NCBI GenBank assembly: GCA_965287045.1
Contig: OZ336873.1
Location: forward strand, 96,348,001-96,412,000
Direction: 5' to 3'
Source of the DNA: Carcharhinus amblyrhynchos
Lineage: Eukaryota
DNA length: 64,000 nt
Shown piece by piece: positions 1-12,639 of this stretch. Under the pieces are notes generated by a model. The model did no database searches and was not told where the DNA came from. It saw only the letters and a list, made by a program, of their open reading frames with translations. The position numbers and the translations under genes are program-made. Each line of letters starts with the position of its first letter. Within the stretch, counting starts at the first letter, position 1.

Positions 1-735
1 CAGTACACTAGGAAGCTCAGAGAAATAGATGGATCTTGAGGTACTTATTCGCAGATCCCTGAAGGCATCAGAGCAGGTAAGTAGGGAAGTTATGAAGGCA
101 TATGGGGCACTTGCTTTTATTAGTTGTGGCATAGACTATAAGAGCAAGATGATTATGTTGTTTAGACTACAGCTGGAGTACTGTGTGCAGTTCTTGTCAC
201 CTCACTGTAGGAAGGATGTGATTATGCTAGAGGGGTTACAGAGGAGATTCACCAGGATATTGCCTGGGAAGAAGCATTTGAGCTACAAGGAGAGAATGCT
301 AAAGTTTGGATTTTTTTCTTTAGAACAGAGTAGATTGAGAGGCAACATGATGGGGAACATGACTGATTGGGGGACATGATTGAGGTGTATAAGATTATGA
401 GTGGTATGGGCAGGGTGAATAGGAAGTAGGTGTTCCCTTTGGTACAGGGGTTAATCATGAGGGTGCATAGTTTAGGGTGAGGGGCGGGATATTCAGAGGG
501 AATTTGAGAAAATAAAAATCACGCAGAGGGTGATGAGAATCCAGATGCACTGCCGGGGGAGGTTGTGGAGGCCGGAAACATTAGAGCCTTTAAGAAGTAC
601 TTGGAAGAGCACCTGAAATATCATAATGCTCAAGGATATGGAACAAATGCAGGAAAATTGGAATAATGCAACGTTAGTAGAAGTTATTGTCAGTGCAGAC
701 TCGATGGGCAGAATGGTCTTTTCTGCGCTGTGAAA
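1..735 (+). mobile_element. CR1-clade (HER1-like) LINE, degenerate 3' fragment
   Basis: ORF 29..379 contains LEYCVQFLSPHCRKDVIMLEGLQRRFTR, the CR1 ORF2 C-terminal motif. The 3' UTR ends gtcagtgcagactcgatgggcagaatggtcttttctgcgctgt. Confidence 0.9.
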
Positions 736-1051
736 TTTGCCCCCAGATCAGAAAATCCCGCCCTATGTCAATGGACCTTTCCATGGTCTGCACCCTGCAC
801 CCACTACAATTCATGTGGCAGGTGAGATGGGAAAATACTGGCCAGGGTCTCAGATAGAGTCTGTTAACAGAGAAGAAAATCCTCCAGACACCAGATCAAA
901 GGGCAGCGGGTTGGTAGCTCTGGGTGTGAATTTCAGGAGTCAAACTTGGAGGACCTGGATTCAATGCTGCAAAAAGTTCAATGGCTTCACTTGAGAGGTC
1001 AAGGTAACTGAAATATTCAAATGCTATTTGCTGTCAGTTGGATCAGTACCC

Positions 1052-1896
1052 AGTCTTGCATCCTATATAGGATGCAAGACTGGGTGGAGAAGTGGCAGAT
1101 GGACTTCAATGCGGATAAATGTGTAGTGGTCCATTTTGGCAGGACCAATGGGATGAAGGAGTACAATATCAAAGGTAGGAGTCTTAGCAGTGTTGAGGAG
1201 CAGAAGGATCTTGGGGTCCGGGTCCATAAGACTCTTAAATTGGCCTCGCAGGTGGAGGATGTGGTCAAGAAGGCGTATGGTGTACTGGCCTTCATTAATC
1301 GAGAGATTGTGTTTAGGAGTCAGGAGGTAATGTTGCAACTTTATAAGACCCTTGTCAGACCCCACTTGGAGTACTGTGCGCAGTTCTGGTCACCTCACTA
1401 CAGGAAGGATGTGGAAGCTATTGAGAGGGTGCAGAGGAGATTTACAAGGATGTTGCCTGGATTGGGAGGCATGCCTTATGAAGATATGTTGAGGGAGCTA
1501 GGTCTCTTCTCCCTGGAGAGATGAAGGTTGAGAGGCGACCTGATAGAGGTTTATAATATGTTGAGAGGAATAGATAGGGTGGATTCTCAGAGGCTATTTC
1601 CCAGTGCTGAAATGGTCGCTACGAGACGACACAGGTTTAAGGTGCTGGGAAGCAAGTACAGAGGAGATGTCAGGGGTAAGTTTTTCACTCAGAGGGTGGT
1701 GAGTGAGTGGAAGCGGCTGCCGTCGGTGGTGGTAGAGGCGAACTCGCTGGGGTCTTTTAAAAGACTTCTGGATGAGTACATGGGATTTAATGGAATTGGG
1801 AGTTACAGATAGTTCTATGGCCTGGCAGGTATGGATATGATTGGCGCAACTTGTGGGCTGAAGGGCCTGTTTGTGCTGTAGTGTTCTATGTTCTAT
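1052..1896 (+). mobile_element. Young 5'-truncated CR1 LINE with 5' fold-back and TSD
   Basis: ORFs 1021..1524 and 1528..1812 are in frame and separated by one TGA (WQMDFNADKC...VRPHLEYCAQFWSPHY...RGDLIEVY). Tail tgttctatgttctat. gtaccc occurs at both flanks (1046-1051, 1897-1902). Confidence 0.95.
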
Positions 1897-1902
1897 GTAC
1901 CC

Positions 1903-3770
1903 GCAGCAACTGCTCAGTCAAAACACAAACACCAATAATCTCCAGGAATCACATACTTAGCGCATTTGCAAGCGTCACACCTCTCACGGATTGAATAGTT
2001 GTTTTGAATAGCTCACATCACCCAGGATACTTAATCAAACTCACTAAGACACTTCACTCTTTCTTGCGGGACAAGGAGACGCTTTGCCAGAGGCTTCAGA
2101 AGTGAACTGTTGTGGGGCAGGCACCCCTGCACATCCTGAAGCTTGGAGGAAACAGTGCTGACCACTATTGAGATTCCTATGGCTGAGGCCACAGGTGTAG
2201 ACATTACTGAAAATAATAATATCCCCATACCTATTCCTCCTTCTCGTATACCACTTCCCCACGTCCCACACTCTTCTGAATTACAAGCTGCAAATGGTGT
2301 AAGCAAAAATCTCTTGCTATCCCACTGCTTTCCCACAACACCACCTTAACCTTCTGCCTTTTCCTTTCAGATACTCAAGAGGTACAACCTGCCTAGGTAA
2401 TGAAGGAACACAGAGAGTGATGATGAAAATATAAACACCTTGGTTTGATTTCACAATCACTCATACCAGCTCAGATATGGATATTCCATATTTCTTAAGG
2501 GGTAGAATCAGAATCTGCATGTGGTGCAATACTGGCATGAGACAGCTGCAGCCAGGGCAGGGGTAATGATAGCACAGTCGCTAGCTCAGAGGATGAGGTG
2601 CACACATTCCACTGCAGCAGAATTGATGGAGCAGTCTAAAGAAGAATGTGAATGAGCACGCGCAACAAAATACTTGGCGCAAAGTAAAGTTTGTTTGAAA
2701 CCTGCTGTCAATGCCAAGGAGAGTGAACGAGTCCAGCACCAACTTGGCACAGAGCTTTGCGCATAGCTGGGAACCCATCCACCCCAGCATGGAAACAGTG
2801 GCAAATTCTGTTCACACTTTGGACACAACCATGATGCAGCATCTGATAGCTGAGGTACAGCCACCATTACATAATCATATATAACCTTATATCTGTGCGG
2901 TATTTCACAGGCTTAAATTGCTGCTATGATGGATTAAAATATGCAATGAGGCTTGCAGGGTTTCACAGCATTCCACAACAGATTACTGGGATTGCTGAGA
3001 GACCACTCTGGGAGAGTTGCAATGGCTCCATGGAGTATGACTCCTCTTGGAAGGCATGGTTTGTTATTACATCTTTGGCACTCACCACCAGTGCCCTTGT
3101 TGTCAGTTAGCCAACCCAGGCTGCTGCCACCTATTCTGAAATGGTGCGTTTCGGAGGTCGGGCCTTCTAGGCGCAAACTGCTTGAATTTGTCCTCCAAGG
3201 CCATCTGCAGTCTCTTCCCCTGGAAATCAGTAGCCATCCGTCAGCTATGCCTTGGCTATTGGGGTAATATTATGTAGGAGTACGAGGGCAGGAAATGTCA
3301 CGTGGAAGATAGCTATTAACATAATGCATAAGGTTGATTAGTTGACTTCTGCATGCACTATGCATGGTTGGATTTCTCTAAATTTGGTTTGAAGTATTTA
3401 TTTTGCAGAAGCTTGCATTGTAGCTAAGTGAATGCTGTGATGGTGACTATCAGAGGGAAGATTAAGATGTGCGAGTGTTGCTGAACGAGGATTAGATTTA
3501 TGGTTATGGGTATCATGCTTGCATGAGTTCTACACTGGGAAAAAGGGCTATCTAGGTTGCTTCATCCCTTTCACTTCTCCCTCCTCCTCATTATGCTCCT
3601 CAGCTGCATGAGGTCCTTATCCTGCCCCAGGCTTGCAGTATGGGGTGGCAGGCTTCAGTGAGGATATTCTTATTGATGCAGATATCTCACACCAGTTCCT
3701 TGCTGGGCTTAGGTCGGAGAATTTCTCCCTCTACACCCTGAGCAGATACAGCCTCCTGCTGACAGCACTA
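1903..3770. mobile_element. Old PIF/Harbinger DNA transposon relic (copy A)
   Basis: About 3115-3260 aligns by eye with the reverse complement of about 5550-5685 (gctgcc..atggtgc..cttctag..tgcttga..gtc(c/t)tccaag..tgcagtctc). A Glu-rich transposase-tail-like segment lies on the minus strand near 3510-3620. No intact ORF; family call inferred from copy B. Confidence 0.5.
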
Positions 3771-4111
3771 TCATAGAAATCATAGAAACCCTACAGTGCA
3801 GAAGGAGGACATTCAGCCAATCGAGTCTGCACCAACAACAATACCACCCAGGCTCTATCCCCATAGCCCCACATATTTAGAGGCCAGTCCCTCTAAGCAT
3901 CACGGGACACTAAGGGGCAATTTAGCATGGCCAATGCACAAAACCTGCACATCTTTGGACTGTGGGAGGAAACTGAAGCACCCAGAGGAAACCACATAGA
4001 CGTGGGAAGAACATGTAAACTCCAGACAGGCAGTTACCCAAGCTGGGAATCGAACCCAAGTCCCTGGACCTATAAGGCAGCAGTGCTAACTACTGTGCTA
4101 CCGTGCCGCCC
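3771..4111 (-). mobile_element. HE1/V-SINE-type tRNA-derived SINE, full length, CR1-type tail
   Basis: Reverse complement begins gggcggcacggtagcacagtagttagcactgctgcc, has a B-box (gggttcgattccc), the V-domain (cctcccacagtccaaagatgtgcagg) and a ttctatga tail repeat. Confidence 0.92.
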
Positions 4112-4939
4112 CTCTGTGCCACCAGGCCGCCACTACTTCGCTCCTTCCCCAACCTCTTCCAGTAGCTTGTCTTGCTCCACCTGGCCTCTGTTAATTCTGC
4201 ATTCTAAGGAAGTGGCTACTAATGCAGACACATCTAGAAGCAACTGTCCTGTGCAGAAGCCTTGAAATCAGAGCAAGTCCTTTGGCATCACCACAGCTCT
4301 CAAATAGACTTCTGCAACTTGAAACAGTTATTGAAGGCCTACAAGATTTGTATAATTGTAACACCAACCAAGGAGGCCTTAAGGTGCAGAAGTAGCACCC
4401 CTATCACTGGACCAGAAGCTGTGGGTTCAAATCCTATGCTAGGATTTGTTGGCCAAGGAAGGAGCATTCAATGTGGTTCAACAGGCTGATAAACGGCTCA
4501 GAAATCCTTCACCCACTATTCCCCAAAGAATAAAAATAGCATGGATGTGAAGATATGCGAGAGAGAGGGAGAGTGCAACAAGCTAGAGAAATCAACTAGC
4601 AACTAACCAGAAGATCCCTTTGAAAAGCATTGGTGGAGATTACTTCTTGTTGCTGAAGATGTATTGGGCCATGCGAGATTAAGATGGACTTCAAAATAGT
4701 CATGAGATCAAACTAGTTTTGTAGACTCATTGATGTCATCGTTTGCCTCCTTTGCAAGGATGGTCACTGTGCCTTGTGCTTATATCTGCATTAATATGGT
4801 GGCTAGTTCAATTGGCAGCATAAGTGTATGAACACACCACAACTATTATTTTGGAGGTCTAAGTGCATGAGTAACATCCAAAAAATGGCACATACCAGCC
4901 CAATATATGTTGGGAGTGGAAAAGGATTTGAATAAATCC

Positions 4940-6070
4940 TCTTCAGTGGCTTGGTGCTCAGCAGTGTCAAGGTTCATAGCAACCTGCAGCATCCTGCACA
5001 ACCTTGCCAGCATGGGGACACAGTTGTTGTCACCAGCTGTACAGAAAGCAGCTCAGAAGGAGGACAAGGAGGAAAAGAAGAAGGAAGCAGAAGAGGAAAA
5101 AAGGAGGCATACAATCCTAGTTAGCTCCTTTCTGAATAGTCTGAACTATCTGTGAAGAATTCACTTGAGTGAGATACTTGTAACCTCAACCCCAATCATT
5201 AACACTTCCTAAGCCGCTACTGATCATCACAACATCAGCTTAGCCACAATGCAAAAGTAAAGGCCACCAGAAAATAAACAGTCAAAATTAATATTATAAA
5301 TCAATCTTGGCACGCCATAACATTCAAGGCTATGGGCCAAGTACTGGCAAGTGGGATTAGGTGGGCAGGTCAGAGCCCTTCATGCATCAGTGCAGACTTG
5401 ATGGACCTCTTCTGCATTGTATGATTCTGTGATTCTGTGAATCTATTTCATATTGTGTTGAAAAGCCAACTGTAATCAAATTTGTGCCATGCCTTTGTGT
5501 CAGTCTTCTGTGAGTCTTTGCGTGTCTTAGTGTTGCTAAGAAGGTCTACCCCATTGGCTGCAACATGGCTGGTAAAAAGCTGTTGTCTTTCAGTGGGGGA
5601 GACTGCAATTCGTCTTGGAAGACAACCTCAAGCAAGTCTGGATCTAGAAGCTGTGTACTGCACCATCTTAGCATGGCAGCCGCATGCCACTCTCTATCAA
5701 GCTACATCTGCATCATTCTTTTGTCTTTTCCCATCATTCTTTTGACTTCCAACATGTGTTCCAGCTGCAGTGTGCTTCCCCTTTAAGAGATCTACGTTAG
5801 ATTTAACTGGTGCTGGTCAATCACAGTATTGGTCCCCTGCTCAGGTGTTGTGTTAATCAATGGAGCAGTTACTGTTGGCTGGATGCTGCAGTCATGTAAA
5901 GCAGCAGGCAGTACAAAGTTCACATGCTGCCTTCATTGCAGTCACTGTGCACACTCATCACACATTGAGATTCCCACATCCCCAGCACTTTTAAAAATTC
6001 ACCACCATTTCATGGTCCATGCTGAAATGCGGCATGGCAGGAGTAAAGCTGTTAATTGAGTTCCAAGTGC
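4940..6070. mobile_element. Old PIF/Harbinger relic (copy B, opposite orientation to copy A)
   Basis: ORF 4907..5155 has VSRFIATCSILHNLA followed by an acidic/basic run, resembling the CCxLHN C-terminus of Harbinger/HARBI1-type transposases. Interrupted by a CR1 tail at about 5315-5440. Confidence 0.6.
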
Positions 6071-6779
6071 TGTAGGATTTTGAGGTGAATAAATGCCAAT
6101 TTATCACTTCTGATTACTGTATTGTTTCTCTTGCTAGATATTGGGTTAAAACAGAATTGAGAGTTCAGCTGCAAGGTATGATTCCATAGTCAAGCATGCT
6201 GCCTTAATTTACTAATAGGTTCAAGCTTGTATACTAACCTGAAGCCATCACCTTTGAAACTGTACCACAGCAAGAGTCAATACCTTCAATAGAGGGAAGA
6301 AAATTGAATGGGGGTAGTAATAAGAATAACATAAACCACATGCAGAGGTCAAATGCACTCAATTATCTTGAATATTTACTACCTGAAAAGGAAATGAAAT
6401 TACTTCTTTCACTGATAATCTTAGCAAAAGTTCAACAGAAATATGAAGTGGGAAATCTTGTTTCTATTCACACTGAACCTACACTCAAATTAGAGTGTGA
6501 AGGAGTCTTAGCCTTGGTGGTTTATTTATTCTGCCACCTACCAGAAAATAGAGGTTATCTTAATTTCTATCAGTGCGACTGACAAAGTGCAGCAATCGAG
6601 ATAGAAATGATGGCCTGTGTTGCTGAAGAATAACATCTGCAATATATAATCAATTGTACCAACACTAATTCTATAATGTAGAAGAAGCCAAAATGTGAGA
6701 TCATCATACTTGCAATAAGTGTGGTCCAATACTATTTATAAGTAATAAGCCAGTGACTGCAAAGGAACATCTGTGTTTG

Positions 6780-8135
6780 AAGTTTGAGTAAAATTAAGGA
6801 ATATTAAGAGGAGCTATTACACTTTGGGATGTATACAGTAGGCCACCAAAAATGAGAAGATAGAGGATAAAATTTGCAGCCAAATTAAAGGAAGATAAAT
6901 GTACTTTAGAGTAATGATAAAGGGGAACTTCAGTTATCCTAATGTAGACTAGTAACAGAGTGAAGTTGAAACAAAGGGAGGAATTGTTGAAATGTGCACA
7001 AGAAAACTTCCCTAATCAGTGTGCTTGCAGCCCGACTAGGAAGGAAAGAGTCCTGATTCTTATTTGGTGGAATGAGATGAGGCAAGTGAAGTATATTTCA
7101 GTCAGAGAACCTTTGGGAAACAGTGATCACAATATCATGAGGCTTAGAATAATTGTGGAAAAGGACAAGGGAAAATCCAATGTGAAAATGTTCAAAAGAA
7201 GGGGGCGTTGAAAAGGTTTCAAGCTCAACTAGTTTGAAATCAAAGGTTCACAGTTAAACAGTCAATAATTAACGGGAGGCCTTCAAAGAGGATATACTTT
7301 AGATTTGAATTAGATTTAATTCCACACTAGAGTTATCTGGATGATTAAAATATAAAGATTCAAAACTAACATAAAAATGAAGCTCATGATAAATCATAGG
7401 TTTATAATTCAGTAGGAAACCAAGCTGAATACAAAACGTACAGGGGAGAACTGTCAAAGAAATGAGGGCAAGAGATTAGCAGGTTACAAAAAAAGGAAGC
7501 CTGAAGTGTTTTATTAAACTATATATAGAAAAAGGGTAATCATAAGAAGGAGGGGTTGTGAGACAAAGGGCATGGTAGATGTACCAAAGGAGCACTTCTC
7601 TGCAATTTTCATGAAAAAAAGGATGCTACCAATATTAGTAAAACAGTAAAAAGGGATTTGGATAAATTGAATAAGATAAAAAGAGATAATGTGCCTAAAA
7701 AATTGAAAGCTCTCAAAAGTAGAAATGTAATTCAATCTGGGTGTGATGCACCTTTGGTTGCTGCGGGAAGAAAGAATTTGAATCTCGGGTCTCAATCTTC
7801 TAATATCACTTAAATATTGGAGTGATGCCAGAGGACGGGAGGATTGTAAGTGTTACATCCCTGTTCAAAAAGGAAGATAGGAATAAGCCTGATAACTGCA
7901 CACTATTTAGCCCACAATGCTGGAGAAGAAACTTTTAGAGGCATTAATTTGGGACAAAATTAATTAGCACTTTAAAGTCAGCACAGATTTGTTAAAGACA
8001 AATATTGTGTGACTATCTTGATAGAGTCCTTTGATGAGCTAACAGGTGGATGATGATGTGTACATGGGCTTTCAAAAGGCATTTAATAAAAGCACCACAC
8101 AATATACTGGTTAGTAAAATTGAAGCCCATGGGAC
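6780..8135 (+). mobile_element. Degenerate CR1 LINE ORF2 (endonuclease to RT start), 5' part
   Basis: ORF 6960..7211 contains PTRKERVLIL..EPLGNSDHNIMR (APE endonuclease end). Decayed PEDWRIA/NYRP-like and MDFQKAF-like codons follow. The element resumes at about 12640. Confidence 0.85.
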
Positions 8136-8357
8136 GCTCCGGTTTCCTCCCACAATCCAAAAATGTGCAGATTAAGTAGATTGACTATGCTAAATTGCCC
8201 ATTAGTGTCCTAAAATGTGTAGGTTAGTGGGATTAGCCATGGGAAATGCATAGGGTTACAGGATGGGGCAGGGGTAAGATGTTCTGTTGGAGAGTTGGTG
8301 CAGATTCAGTTGGTTGAATGGCCCCCTTCTGCACTGCACTGTAGGGATTCTGTTCTA
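8136..8357 (+). mobile_element. HE1-type SINE, 5'-truncated
   Basis: gctccggtttcctcccacaatccaaaaatgtgcag...ttctgcactgcactgtagggattct. Confidence 0.88.
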
Positions 8358-8399
8358 CAATAATAATAGATAATATTCTGTAATAATAATAGAATTAAT

Positions 8400-11300
8400 A
8401 GGAAAGATGATCTGGTGGGCATCTATTCTACACTGGTTGTCTACATATTTCAAGGATTTGGTTATTCTCAACTCTGTGTTCTGGAAGGCATAACTTTCTC
8501 CGTGGCACAAGAAAGACTAGTAGCATTAAAAGATTTTGCGGCAATCTCGGTCTTTGCTGATCAATCCAAAGACACGGTATCTGTAGTAGGGATGATGGTT
8601 CATCCAGAGGTAGTTCTGGCAAACACAGGGCTGGCACATTGTAGCTAACAACAGATCTATGTGTTGTTCCCACACTAGTTCATCTTCAATTGTACTGTAC
8701 AGGAGATAGGGCCGGTTTGTGCCAACACAGTTGTAGGAACACATTTCTCACTGATGGAGGAGCTGCGTGCCAAAACCTGCTCTCCTTATTAAAACACATC
8801 TGATTTGCAACTGCTGATTGTGTTCTACTATTTCAGACATCTGCTGCAGATGAAAGGTAGTTCTTAGTTTTCGCTTTAGTAATGAAGCTGGGAGATTTTA
8901 TTGCGATATGTCGCCAAGAAACTGTTCAGGTGGTGATTTAATGAACCTTGGTCCTTTGAGGATTTCAGTACAGGCTTCAGGGACTGGACTTACCCAAAAG
9001 GTGGTAGAGTGCTGATTTTGTGTGTTTGAATACCACTTTTCTTAAAGTTTATTTATTTATTAGTCACAAGTGAGGCTTACATTAACACTGCAATGAAGAA
9101 ACTGTGAAATTCCCCATTAGGTAGTCTTTAAACTCTTGAGGTGCGAATTGTGGTCACTTACAATTTGTTATGGTTTCAAAGCTTTCCGATAGTTTATTCT
9201 GCAGTTATGTCTTTATTATGATCACTCTGGCTACTTACAGTGTGCACCTGTGATAGCCATGAACCTGTGTCCTTCATATGGATCCAGAAAATCTGTGTGT
9301 AGATGTTGCCAAAGCATTTTAGGCAAATGGATGTAATGGGACAATGGCAATGTGTTCCTTACCCATTCATATGTCTGCTTTTTCCTCAATCTGGCATCAA
9401 TTCCAGGTCATCAGGAGTAGCTCCTTGCAAGTACATTCATTCAAACTGTACCTGGGTGTCTTTCATGTAATCGTTCAATACTTTCTGTCACAAGTTTGGA
9501 GGAGTTATTATCCTCATCCCACAACAGGCAAGCACTCTGTACTGTCAACTTCCTGGAAATGTATGGCTTTATTTTGGGATGTGTATGCATTATCCTTTCT
9601 TTTAAAACCATTTGCAGTACCTTCTCCATCACAGGATCATTTCTGATCTGTCACTAGACCTGAGCTACAGTCACTAGGATGGAGGTCTGTCAGCAGTGCG
9701 AAGTGACAACCAAAAAGATAGTGCTGAAATCTCCACACTCCAAAGATAATACTTAGTGCCTCTTTCTCCAGCTGAGCGTAATTTGATTCAGCACTTAAGA
9801 TTTGCAATGCAAAAGCTATTTGTCTTTCTACCCCTGAGCACAGTATGTATGACATCACCACTCCAACTCCAGATGGCGATGCATCACAGGCAAGTTGTAG
9901 GGGTAACCTTGGGTTGAAATGTACCAACATTTCTGACTTCTTCACTGCTTCTTTGATTGACTTGTTTGCTTTTGCACACTGCTGTCCGTTGCCGTGCTAA
10001 TTTGGTGCACAAATTATGCAATGATTTGAGCAGTGCTGCTAAATTAGAAACAAATTTTTCATAGCCCACTAATCCTACAGATGATCTTAACTTATATTCG
10101 TTGCTTATGAAGCCTCCATGATCTTAGGTGCCTTGGGTAAATTCTTGCTGTTGATCACATGGTCTAAATATTATATTGATGTTTGAAAGAAATCCACTTA
10201 TATTTCCTAGCACGAAGACCATGCATTTGAGGACTTTTTAATTTGGCTTCTAGATAGGTTTTCTTGTTCATTGGTACCGGTGATCAATTGGTCACCAAGT
10301 AACATCGTACCTCCTGTAGCCTGCTTAAGATCTGGTCCATGGGCTATTGAGATAAAGTGGGTGTTGAAGTTATCCCAAAAGGCCTTTATGTGTTATGATG
10401 GTGAGCAGGTGTTGAGACATTCATTTACCGGTAGGCCTGAGATAAATCAAATTTGCTGAACTTTTGTCCTTTTGCTAGACCAGCAAGCAAATCCACAATC
10501 GAGGGCAGCAGATATTGATCCACACACAAAATTGGATTGATTGTTGTTTTGAAATCTCCACAAATATGTATAATCTCATTCTGCTTTGTTATAGATACAA
10601 TAGGGGTTACCCAGCCACTGGTAGTGATAGGTTCCAACACTCCTATATTCATAATTCTCATTAATTCAGATTCCACCTTTGGGCATATAGCACAAGGTAC
10701 TGTTTGACTGGCTTTTTTGCTTGATCTTGAGTGACCCGTGAACTTCTTTCATGGAATCACATGTTGTCAAATACTTTACTGTATTTTTCTACAATGTTCT
10801 GTAGATCTGTTTGAGAATCAACTAACCTGCTCATAGCATTCCAATTTAACTTTATCTTCTCTAGCTGAGAACAGCTATAAAGAGCTGGAAAACTTCCTTG
10901 CACAATATGGAGTGGCAGCTCCACAGTTTGCCCACTTAACTTTACTTGGTGATGTATCCTCTTAGGGGCAGCATTTCTTCAGTGTAAGTCCTCAAGATGA
11001 CATCTGCTGGCTTCAATGGTAGGTGATTCCATTTTTCCTTATGGGTGGTCTCGGGAATTAGGGAGACCGCAGCCCCCATATCAACCTCCATTTCTGTTCA
11101 TTTAGTTTTTGAACTACTCAGTATCAATGTGACTCTCCTTGAATTGAAAGTACATTTAGCTTCAACTGCTCATCAGATTCGTGTGCTATGTCTTCATTAT
11201 CCAGAGGTTTTTTTCTCTTCCATGCTGTAAATCTTTTCGGTGGAATTCATTTTAATTTTCTTTTTAGGAAAAATCTGACTTTACTTGATCATTCTTCCCT

Positions 11301-12611
11301 GGAGAAGCTAATATCCTCCAGCAAGCTTGTGCTATGAGACCAATTTTTTCACAGTTTTTGTGGTGGCTGCCACTGCACCAGCAGTCAACCTGTAAATAGC
11401 TTCTTCTTGCACAGCAATGACACCCTTGCTGCAGGGTAGAATACCTCTAGGGTGTGCCCATGTTATGGTTCCTCATGCCCACTTTGAGTTGAGAAGCTTC
11501 CTCAGCAGCAAGCTCTATTGAAATGGCTATTTCTAATGCTGTTTTAAGACTTAAATTTCATTCAGCTAACAATTTCCGCTGTATAGCCTCATTCCTCAGC
11601 CCACAAACCAAACAGTCCCATCCAGGGAGTCACCAAATTCACAATGTCCCTTAAAGCGCTTTAGTGTTGCCACAAACTGGACAGCTTCTCTCCTCTAGCT
11701 GACTTTGTTTATGGAACGGGAAACACTTTGCTATTATTAAGATTTGGATGAGTAATGGTCCTCCAGTATCTTAGCTATTTCTTGGTATGTTTTGTTGCTG
11801 GGTTTCTCAGGCTAAACCAGACTTTGGAGTAAATTTAAAGTTTTACTGTGAATGACGCTTAGAAAAGCAAGGACTACAATACCCTCTGGAATCTTATTAG
11901 CCAGTATATAATAATGAAATTGTTCTGTAAATGATTTCCAGTTCTCAGATTCTCCCTCAAATGAGTCAATGGCACCAAACATTTCTGCTATTTTTATTGG
12001 GTAATGGGAATCTGTGCAGTAACTTTTTCCAGGCACTTCCTTTGACAACAATGGTCTAGTTTTATTTTTCAGTGTGGGCTGATGTAACAGCGAGCTCTGC
12101 ATTTCAGTGCAAGGAAGGTCTATTTTTCACTCTACTTCTGTACCTTACTTAAACTACACGTGTGACAAGCTCTGCATCCTAATCTCCTCAGATTGCCCCA
12201 CTTTTACTTTTGGTTGGGACCTTTCTTTCTGAGCCACTAACTTACCAGTCCAGTGTCAGATAGGATCACTGACCTGCCACTGATTCTGCTCCAATTATTG
12301 GAAACATTGAAAGATGATCTATCTCCTCAACAATTAAGTGCAGCTCCAATTTTTCTTTATGCTGGAAGAGAATTTTTAATCTGCTCCTCATCCCCAGTTT
12401 TCTTTTTATTCTGTTGTATATGTCACATTTATGATAAAAGAAAGTGGAGTCGCAGTACACAGGTTGGTTGCAGTCAACAAAGCAGGTTTATTGAGAAGTT
12501 GTTCACTGTACAAAGGCTTCGGTTAAACTGACTAAAAGCCCGTGAAGCAGCTGATGACATCATAAACTAAACATGTGACTAGACTGTTAAAAGTGGCAGC
12601 ACAACACAACA
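8400..12611 (-). mobile_element. Degenerate Ty3/Gypsy LTR retrotransposon (gag-pol pseudogene); only the 5' LTR is evident
   Basis: Minus-strand fragments: gag MFGAIDSFEGESENWKSF, RT WVTPIV..ICGDFKTTIN..FSKFDLSQAY, RNase H LACDASPSGVG..NYAQLEKEALSIIFGV. Decayed PBS cctcatcccca (12386-12396, cf. TGGCGACGAGG). Candidate LTR about 12400-12611. Confidence 0.92.
9045..9117 (-). mobile_element. Tail-only insertion of the second SINE subfamily
   Basis: aaagtttatttattttattagtcacaagtgaggcttacattaacactgcaatgaag...ctgtgaaattcccc matches the tails at 20452 and 45398. Confidence 0.85.
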
Positions 12612-12639
12612 TCTACCCAAATATATAACCAAGACCATT

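Noticed and set aside
1021-1812. Intact protein-coding gene (167 aa + 94 aa)
   Set aside because: 5'-truncated CR1 ORF2 with an in-frame stop; the ATG comes from flanking DNA read through the palindrome.
4907-5155. HARBI1 host gene exon
   Set aside because: Only a decayed C-terminal motif, lacking the catalytic region and clear splice context; a transposon relic.
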